Part shown: positions 55,142 to 64,000 of the stretch, in pieces
Position numbering within the stretch: the stretch's first letter is position 1
Layout: each line of letters begins with the position of its first letter
Assembly: GCA_951406725.2 (NCBI GenBank)
Contig: OX597815.1
Location: 17,236,001-17,300,000 of the forward strand
Direction of reading: 5' to 3'
Origin: Octopus vulgaris
Taxonomy: Eukaryota
DNA: 64,000 bases
The notes under the pieces: model-generated
Seen by the model: only the letters and a program-made list of their open reading frames with translations
Database searches by the model: none
Told to the model about the DNA's origin: nothing
Position numbers and translations under genes: made by a program

Positions 55142-55384
55142 TAACCCTTTCTGCTATGGGTACAAGGCCTGAGAATTTTGGGGGAAGAGGTTAGTCGACT
55201 TTGTCGTTCCTCGTGCTCAACTCGTACTTACTTTATCGCCCCCAAAACTATGAAAGGCAAAGTAGATATATTTTTCACAAAAGGGTCCGAGGACGAGGAA
55301 GTTATAGACACAGATCAGGTGAGGATTTACGCAAAATCAAAGGAAGGTAAGGAAAAAAACCAATGCGATAAAAAAATATGCATA

Positions 55385-55606
55385 CTCTTTACTCTTTTAC
55401 TCTTTTACTTGTTTCAATCATTTGACTGCGGCCATGCTGGAGCACCGCCTTTAGTCGAGCAACTCGACCCCGGGACTTATTCTTTTTGTAAGCCCAGTAC
55501 TTATTCTATCGGTCTCTTTTGCCGAACCGCTAAGTGACGGGGACGTAAACACACCAGCATCGGTTGTCAACCAATCCTAGGGGGACAAACAGACACACAA
55601 ACATAT

Positions 55607-55649
<43 letters not shown>

Positions 55650-55815
55650 TACGACAGGCTTCTTTCAGTTTCCGTCTACCAAATTCACTCACAAGGTATT
55701 GGTTGACCCGGGGCTATAGCAGAAGACACTTGCTCAAGATGCCACGCAGTGGGATTGAACCCGGAACCATGTGGTCGGTAAGCAAGTTACTTACCACACA
55801 GCCACTCCTGCGCCT
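55385..55815 (-). mobile_element. SINE family D (other fragments at 1-385 minus, 31808-31933, 32815-33016, 36300-36450 minus)
   Basis: Full-length reverse-strand homologue of the 35046 copy. Confidence 0.9.
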
Positions 55816-56460
55816 ATTATCACTTCCTTTCCAAGTGTACTTCAGGAGTTGATGAGGGCGTCATCAAAGAGCAAAGTGTGTTTCCTCGGTCATTTTAGTC
55901 TCATCCATCATACAACCTCTTTCACCATAGCCACCGGACAAGAAAATTATGTGCCCTGCTTGATTAAGCGAGGGAGGCAAGGAGCACAAGTTCTGAAATT
56001 TTGCTAAGATGGTCCTTTGATTGTATCACATTCTGTATTTATCTGCAACCTTTTAATGACCACAGTAAGATGAATGGCTCCCAGCCAGATTTACGATAAA
56101 TAGCTTGAATTAGGAAATAGACGGCTGGATTAACCTGAGTTCTTGATTGGTACTTGAGTTTATCGATCACGAAAGGATGAGTAAATTATATTTTTATTCT
56201 TGTTATCAATAGTTGTCACAACATATTTTTGGGATTAGGCTCTTTAGCTATAGCCTCCAAGTGCTGGATTCTGTATTTTAGAGATCTCAAAGAATTAAAA
56301 TCAATCAATATCGACTGGATTTGAAATAGGAAAGCAAAGCGTTTCATACGCAAGGTCACTTAGAAGTGTTTTGAGTATTTAAATGATGTATAAAATTTAT
56401 TAATTTGCTGCAATATTTTACGTATTTTAAATGCTGGCTCTGCTGTATAATTATATCTTT

Positions 56461-56855
56461 GGATCTTTTCGGTTTGAACGGCAGTTTTTAACATAATTTC
56501 TAGGTAACTAAAAAATTTTAGACTTCGTATACTGGTAGAATGTGTTTATAAAACATCTTTTTCTCTTGGCTTTATTGGGAAAAATCTATAGTTTGTAAGA
56601 TATTTGTTGTTTTTTTTTTTCAACCAATCAATTACGTCAATTGAGGTAAAAAACATTCTGTGCCGTATGAATATGTCGCTCGTTTAAGAAACAGATTGGG
56701 TTTATTTACATTTGTGAAGAAAAAAAGATACCCTTACCCCACCCCTAACCCTAAAACAGATTGAAATGCAATAGATCGATACTAGGGTTATAATTATGGG
56801 TGACAATTTCATATGACACTGCTAGAAAAAACTGCCTTTCAAACCGAAAAGATCC
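56461..56855 (-). mobile_element. Same MITE family, copy 3, 8-bp TSD ATATCTTT
   Basis: Same TIRs in the opposite orientation, with ATATCTTT at 56453-56460 and 56856-56863. Confidence 0.93.
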
Positions 56856-57372
56856 ATATCTTTTTGCATCATGGTTTTATATTTGAGAAGTTTTTTTTAT
56901 TAAAAGGTGAGCAAGTATTCATTGTTATAAAAATGGTACAGAATAATGGCAACTCTGTTCAATTGTCCGGCAATAATAGGTCCAGCTGTCTTCCTAGACA
57001 GGGAAGGGTCGGCAGTTTGCAATGTGAAAGGCAGGGTGATAAACCAGTTATTTTTGGAATCCCAGAGCTGTGGCAGCCAAGTGGAAAACTGGTGTCAGAG
57101 GGATTTATTCAATGCAATGGGGGAGGGAGGGATGAGTGAAGGTCTCCAAGCGGAAGTAGGTGTGAGAGAGGGGCAAAAAAGGAGACGAGATTTATATTGC
57201 GCTTTCGGATCACATAATGAGTGTGTATGTGTGCGCTCGCGTGCATGCTTACGCGCGCGTCTATGTATACATGTACGTATATATATATATATATATATAT
57301 GTAGGTCCCGGGTTGAGTCGGGGTTAACCACAGTTAATAAGGTACTCAATACATAGCAGAGTAAATTAATTT

Positions 57373-57496
57373 ATTTTATAGAAGGAGCTTCTACAGGACT
57401 AGAACTGTTTCATTCAAATGAAATCTTCAGGAAGCTTCCTGAAGATTTCATTTGAATGAAACAGTTCTAGTCCTGTAGAAGCTCCTTCTATAAAAT
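57373..57496. repeat. Perfect 124-bp palindrome
   Basis: Centred on AAG|CTT at 57434/57435 with no spacer. It is part of a repeat also present at 25360-25518. Confidence 0.95.
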
Positions 57497-57711
57497 TAAA
57501 AAAAAAAAAAAATATATATATATGTGTGTGAGTGTGTGTGGGGGGGGGTATTTATATCGTTTATGTTTTAGATACACAAATAGTTTTACCCTTTTACTGG
57601 AACGTAGTAGTAAGCTGTAGGCATGCAGCGTACATGTGGATACCGGCATTTACAGACACTCACAGTAACCTACATGTCTAAATATATAAACTATCCCATA
57701 TCTTAATATAG

Positions 57712-57754
<43 letters not shown>

Positions 57755-57903
57755 CATTCGTCTGTACCTTATGCCACATAATCTTTGTAGTTATTTATAG
57801 CCTACCCTTACTCGTTTCCCCATCCTTTACTTTCTGCATTACTTTTTCTACCTTTTCGACTATTCGTTTGCTTTACTTTTATCTCTGTATAGCACTCACA
57901 TGC

Positions 57904-58352
<449 letters not shown>

Positions 58353-59552
58353 TCTAATTTATGACTGACTTTCATCTTACATTCTCTCTTTCCCTCTCCA
58401 CACCACTCCACTTCTGCTTTACTCTCCCACCCCACCCCTCGCTGTCTGCTTTCTTTCTCCGCTGCACACCCCTTTCCCGTCTTGAACCATCCACTCCTAC
58501 CGAATCAGTAAAAGCTATGCTGTTTTCCGCTAGGGTTTTTATCGAAAGGGAACTCTGAGAAGAAACAGACGGCAATGGAAAAGTACTGGGTGAAGTTAGC
58601 CAGCTACATAACTATATAGGTTGATTCCCTTTCAATATTGCCATATATAGACCCCAAGCATCTTAACGGTGTGTAGGCGATAGGAAATTACCGAAACCTT
58701 CCGAAAATAGCTTGTATAGAATTATTTCTATGTTAAGGAATAACGACAACGTATTAAAAAAAAAAAATTATAGGGAGATTTGTTTATTTACACATCCGTT
58801 GGGGGTTTTCTTGACTTTTTTCTGGAACAAATATGTATATAAAATGCGCGTTTGTGTTCATATAAACACAGGCATATGGTTTTCCACCTGTATCGAGGAT
58901 TCATATTCAGCTGTTCAATGAACAGCACTAGCAACTTATTAAAATTTACATATAAGTGGCTGAGTATTCCACAGACATGTATATCTTTAACGTAATTCTC
59001 AAGGAGTATAAAATAAAAGGTACAATGCATTCCAGTCCATTTCCGTCTATCTTCTTTTACTCACAAAACTTGGGTCAACTCGTAAAAGACATTGGACCGG
59101 AATACAGAGCATTAGGATCGAACCTGTGACCTCACAATTGTGAAACAAAGTTCCTAATCATTCGGGCATGCAGCGCCCATATTCGCACAACTACACAGGT
59201 ATACACATCTATATATGATATATTTATATATCATATATAAAAATATAATAGTGTAACACGAAAAGAATACAGTTTGATACAAATAAGAAAGACTAATTAA
59301 AAGAAGCCAAAATTTATATTCATGAATACTAATTAAAATCACATTAATTAATGAATATATCTATGTTTCATCACAATACCGATACAAGTTCGGGAGAAAA
59401 ATTAAACGTATTCAATAATAAACTCAACATCATTGACAACCGTAATTTCAGCCTAACCAAGAAATAATCAAGATATATATCAAGCAGAAAGGCGCTAACT
59501 CAACTCTAACAATTCTTATTTAAAATTCTGTTCGCGAAGGACACTGAGTATA

Positions 59553-59725
59553 TATTTCTTTATTACCCACAAGGGGCTAAACATAGAGGGGACAAACAAG
59601 GATAGACAAAGGTATTAAGTTGATTACATCGACCCCAGTGCGTAACTGGTACTTAATTTATCGACCCCGAAAGGATGAAAGGCAAAGTCGACCTCGGCGG
59701 AATTTGAACTCAGAACGTAACGGCT
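59553..59725 (-). mobile_element. Truncated SINE A (further fragments at 6628-6698, 49480-49571, 55147-55265)
   Basis: One body unit lacking the head. Confidence 0.85.
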
Positions 59726-60597
59726 GAAGGCCTACCAAAATTAATGATGAGGAGTAGGGAAGCTTCCTGGCGTGGTGCGGTGAAACTCATGTCGATAGCA
59801 GATGCTTGAAGATGTAGTTAAAAACATTCTGCTTCGTCTCATAACCACCCAACGAAATCATATTGTATCATGAAAAATTCAAAGTTCCCTTTTGACAGCC
59901 ATTCGACTTATTAACAGATTCCCTCATCAATTTATGACAACCACTGACTCGAGTATACTGTTTCGAATTTCTGCCTCTTCTGTACCTTTCGATCTTCTAA
60001 ACTAAAAGGTTGTTCTCTGTCCCAACTTAATTCCACCCTTTTCATTCGCCCGTTCTATACACTTACATAAAGTACCCAAATCTGCACTGAACATAATCAA
60101 TCCTAGCCAGTATTGCATCAGTTTGAAATCCTCCCATTACTCTCCTTTTTCATACAAATTTCAACGTACATCTGTTAAGGTGAATGTCAGTCATATCAAC
60201 CCAGCAAGACTGAGAGAACTAGAGAGGCCATGAGATCTGTCGCGACCTCTTCAACTAAATGATATCAATTAAAGTATTATTCTGTGGCGGATTCGAACAC
60301 GTACGCTTAGTATCTGAAAGTCACAAGATAATTAAAGCGAATGTACAGAATCTCGAGAAGGGGTGATTTGGGTCTCGGATGTTTTTGAACGCTTCCTATA
60401 ATTTCGAGTTCTTGATAGACAATTAACCGTCACTTGTATAGATTTGTGGAGAAGAATTCTGATACTATTTAGACAAGAGAATTATTGGCCTATTCATTTT
60501 TCAGGAATATTTTAGGGATACGATTCAAGCAAGTTAAGAAGCTTCTTTTGATTACGAAACACAAACTAGGTGAGCATATCAGGGCCACAATGGGAGA

Positions 60598-60628
<31 letters not shown>

Positions 60629-60867
60629 CACATATCATATCACAACACACCACCCACACACCCATCCCCATATCTCCACACCCACACATACATACACACG
60701 TCCAGACCACCAGCCCTCTTTCACACGCACATACATACTCTCTTACACACACACGCACCTTCGTGTTGGGCCACCTTCGCTTTGGAAGTCACTTGACCCT
60801 GTTATCTCCCGTACTATCCCTCTAGCCTCTAACGTCTGACCTCTGACCTCTGCCTGAAGTCAGAACG

Positions 60868-61073
60868 CCATGATAGACCGTTAGCTCCTACACGCATTTT
60901 TTTCTCTCCTTGTTTCTCTCCTTGTTTCTTTTCTGTGTATCTTTCTGCCGAAGAGCGTAGGCTCGAAACGTAAAAGACTTGTTCTATTTCTATTCCTGAT
61001 AGCCGTACTAATACATTTGTTTGTTTGTACTCCACCTGCCTTCGTCTTTTGTTTATTTTCGTAAACCTTCCCG
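60868..61073 (+). mobile_element. Penelope-type short repeat family ending in (TA)n (other copies 7265-7465, 24487-24685, 4897-5002)
   Basis: Four homologous copies carry GAAGAGCGTAGGCTCGAAACGT(T)AAAAGAC, a minimal hammerhead-like core. Most run into TA repeats. Confidence 0.6.
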
Positions 61074-61889
61074 ATATATATATATATATATATATATATA
61101 ACAAAACATAAAGCTAAAATTATACGCTTTTGTTATTGCAAGATAACAGATTGATCCGTTGACCGTACCAATACCGACAATTATTTGAGAAACAAGAATA
61201 AAACTGAAAACAGTGAAAATAGGAAATTAATTTCAACTGCATAGGTCCCTTAAGGATTAGTGGGAGGTGTTTATACAGGTATCACATACAATTCTTTGCG
61301 GGCTAATGAAAGTGATTATACGGTACGGAGCAACGAAACGACACAAAGATGCAAGCTAATGAGGAATCCTCTCTTGGGCACTTGATTTATTACAAATAAG
61401 CAACAAGTAAGAAGTTAGAACATATCAAATAACGTGAAGCAAATTGTTTAAAGACTGGATTAGCATGATTAAGAACACTTTTGATATTACAGATCTGCTT
61501 GAACAGGACTGGCATGGGACTACTAAATGACAATTACAATACAGCGATAAATGTACAGTTATACTTGAAGTATTAGTTGAAGGTGCAAAGTTTGTTCAGC
61601 ATCTAGTTATGATTTTTAATGCGACCTCAGTACTTTCACTCTTGTTCGCTGCACTGTTTCACCATAAATACTAAACAGACTAAAGCTGCCTTCTCTTTTT
61701 GCCAAACGACGTTAGCGGATGATCTTCCAAATGTTACACGGTTGACAAAACTATCGAATTCTGCACATAAGAAAAGCTATAGAGAGAAATATGGTCAGCA
61801 CTTTTAGAATCATTGCATGGAGAATAGTTGCGTTTGTTGCTAATCATTGTCACTTTTGCTATTGCTAACACCATTAAAACTAATCAGGT

Positions 61890-63355
61890 ATATCTTTAAG
61901 GAAGCGGTAGTTTATGGCTAAGATAATTACTGTAATGTACTTATATTCTCATTTCTGGTAACTTTACTCTTCATTAGAGCTTGTATTTTTCCCTAGTTTC
62001 TAATATTCTCCATATTCCAGTCGTATATATTACCAGGTTCATCTACTCTTAATTATTTTTATGAGTAGTTCTCTTCTTATTCTCTAATTTCCGAGTCTGG
62101 GTCTAATTTAATTTTCCAGTTCTAATTAATTTAACACTGTAAGTAGATTTTGTATATTTGCTTAACCTCATATTCGTTAAATCGCGGTTGAACTTGTACG
62201 CTTATTCTAGTAGATTCTCCATATAAGTACTATTTCTGAGATAATATCTTTAATCGCCCGTATAATGGTTCATAATTCATACTCTTAACCGGCTCTGATG
62301 TCCTACAAAGATCGGTTATGTGACCCAGACTTTCTCTTTGTCCTTTAACTATCTCTTGCGGTTAACTCCAACTAAACATGTTCCTACGGAGGTGATATCA
62401 CACTCCATTCTACCCTAGACACATCACATCATTGAACCTATGAACAAAGCTCTCAAAAATATTTTCAGGTAGAAGCAGACAACCTTATACCCTTCAACAC
62501 TCGGATACTTGCAATGTTCACATGAAGGAAACAACCTATCACCCATCTTTTCTTGGCTTTAATCTACATAAGTTATCACAAATGTTAGGCGAAATCTGAC
62601 AATCAACGACAGTCTCATCCGGAGGCTTGAAATAATTTTGCAGAACCTGCGTTCAGGAGAGTATCTTTCATTTTTTAGCTAGAAAATATTTTAGCCTGAA
62701 GCTGCTGTCGACGCTCTACAAAGCAGAATGCTGATCCTATATCCGAGAAGGCGCTGCTGATACACAGAAAAACATCATACACAGCATTCAAAAGACAATC
62801 AACTGGTTGACTATCAGGATCACGCCTACCAACATGGTTCAGCCTCCAGCTCAGACTCGCTGGTTCCTCATTCTGCCTTTTCTACCTCATATCAATCTCA
62901 ACAGTCTCGAATAGCTTGCAAAGATCATGAAGCGGTTCTTTTCTCTCGACCGAAAACAATCATGAATTATGAACCATTATACGGGCGATTAAAAATATTA
63001 TCTCAGAAATAGTACTTACCTGGATAGTCTACTAAAATAAGTGTACAAATTCAACCGCAATTAAACGAATATGAGGTTAAACAAATGTATAAAATCTACT
63101 TACAGTGTTAAATTAATTAGAACTGAGAAAATTAAATTAGACCCAGACTTGGAAATTAGAGAATTAGAAGAGAACTACTCATAAAAATAATTAACAGTAG
63201 ATGAACCTGATAATATATACGACTGGAATATGGAGAATATTAGAAACTTGGAAAAATACAAGTACTAATGAAGAGTAAAGTTACCAGAAATGAGAATATA
63301 ACTACATTACAGTAATTATCTTAGCCATAAACTATAGCTTCCATAAAAATATATA
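61890..63355. repeat. About 390-bp inverted repeat (arms 61890-62280 and 62963-63355) with a spacer of about 680 bp
   Basis: The reverse complement of the left arm aligns to the right arm throughout, roughly 90% identical by eye. Confidence 0.95.
62560..62900 (+). mobile_element. Decayed CR1/L2-like LINE RT C-terminal remnant
   Basis: Fragments TLYKA, HSIQK and SFCLFY occur in the expected order of CR1/L2 ORF2 C-terminal motifs. Confidence 0.5.
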
Positions 63356-63835
63356 AGTGAAATGAAGAGTCTAGATAAAGAAAATGAGAAACTAGACATT
63401 ACATTTTGGCCCCATCATCCTGAAGTAGTAAGAGGTTGGATATATCTACTTTCCACTCAGGGGACTTGATACAAAGAGAGATATATTCCAATATATCTAT
63501 AGTGAGTCTTAAAAAATACTTAGAAAAGCATAGATACATTAGTTTAATAGTGAAACAGTATTAAAAATAATGTAATACAAACTAGGAACTAATTATAACA
63601 AGGATAAGGTCTAGATAAGGTGAAAACTATAGAAAAAGAGTAATTATATGAATGATAAAATTCAGTCTAAAAAGAATACAGAAAAATTGGAAAAAAATCT
63701 CCACTTGATTAGTAAGTCTAGACAAAAAGGAAATGCCAGAATATGAAAGCTGACAATGGCTCAGAGGCTCTTAAACAGAAACGGAAGATTTTGAATTTAG
63801 CTGCTTAAGCTGAATTCCTAACCAAAAAAAAAAAT
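62963..63835 (+). mobile_element. Highly decayed RTE-like LINE remnant
   Basis: Broken frames weakly recall the RT N-terminal GPD...E.W and NY..I.L motifs. The region has many stops and an A-rich end. Confidence 0.35.
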
Positions 63836-64000
63836 CTACCCAAACGACAAATGCCTAAGTAATCAGCATCTTTTAAAATATTATTTTTCCTTTATGGCGC
63901 ATTTTGAAAACATTAGCGTTGTACACGGATTTTCAAAGTATCATCATGGACTCGCTGCATTTACGATGTCGGGAGTGACAAAAGTTTGCGTAATAACATC

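Overview
This is AT-rich, repeat-saturated eukaryotic DNA with no host protein-coding gene that I can support. The tRNA-headed SINE families and dense microsatellites look like an Octopus (coleoid cephalopod) genome; that is recognition from memory, not a search result. The window holds four tRNA-derived SINE families, one forming head-to-tail arrays. It also holds a 5'-truncated CR1/L2-group LINE with an open RT frame, further CR1/L2, RTE and L1/Tx1 fragments, and decayed Tc1, mariner, piggyBac and Merlin transposons. Three non-autonomous Helitrons and a GG...CC MITE family with 8-bp TSDs are also present. The most notable unexplained layer is about a dozen hammerhead-ribozyme-like motifs (CUGANGA...GAAA with a short, often palindromic stem III) from several small Penelope-type repeat families. 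One of them (27373-27458, minus) is fully canonical, and several sit at the pivot of foldback or palindromic insertions with 12-13 bp TSDs. Two SINE-LINE partnerships are visible from shared 3' tails. One involves a Tx1-like LINE embedded in (TATC)n, and the other a covarying 3' hairpin shared by CR1/L2-type LINEs and a SINE. Most ORFs in the supplied track are microsatellite or SINE artefacts. All alignments and folds were done by eye.
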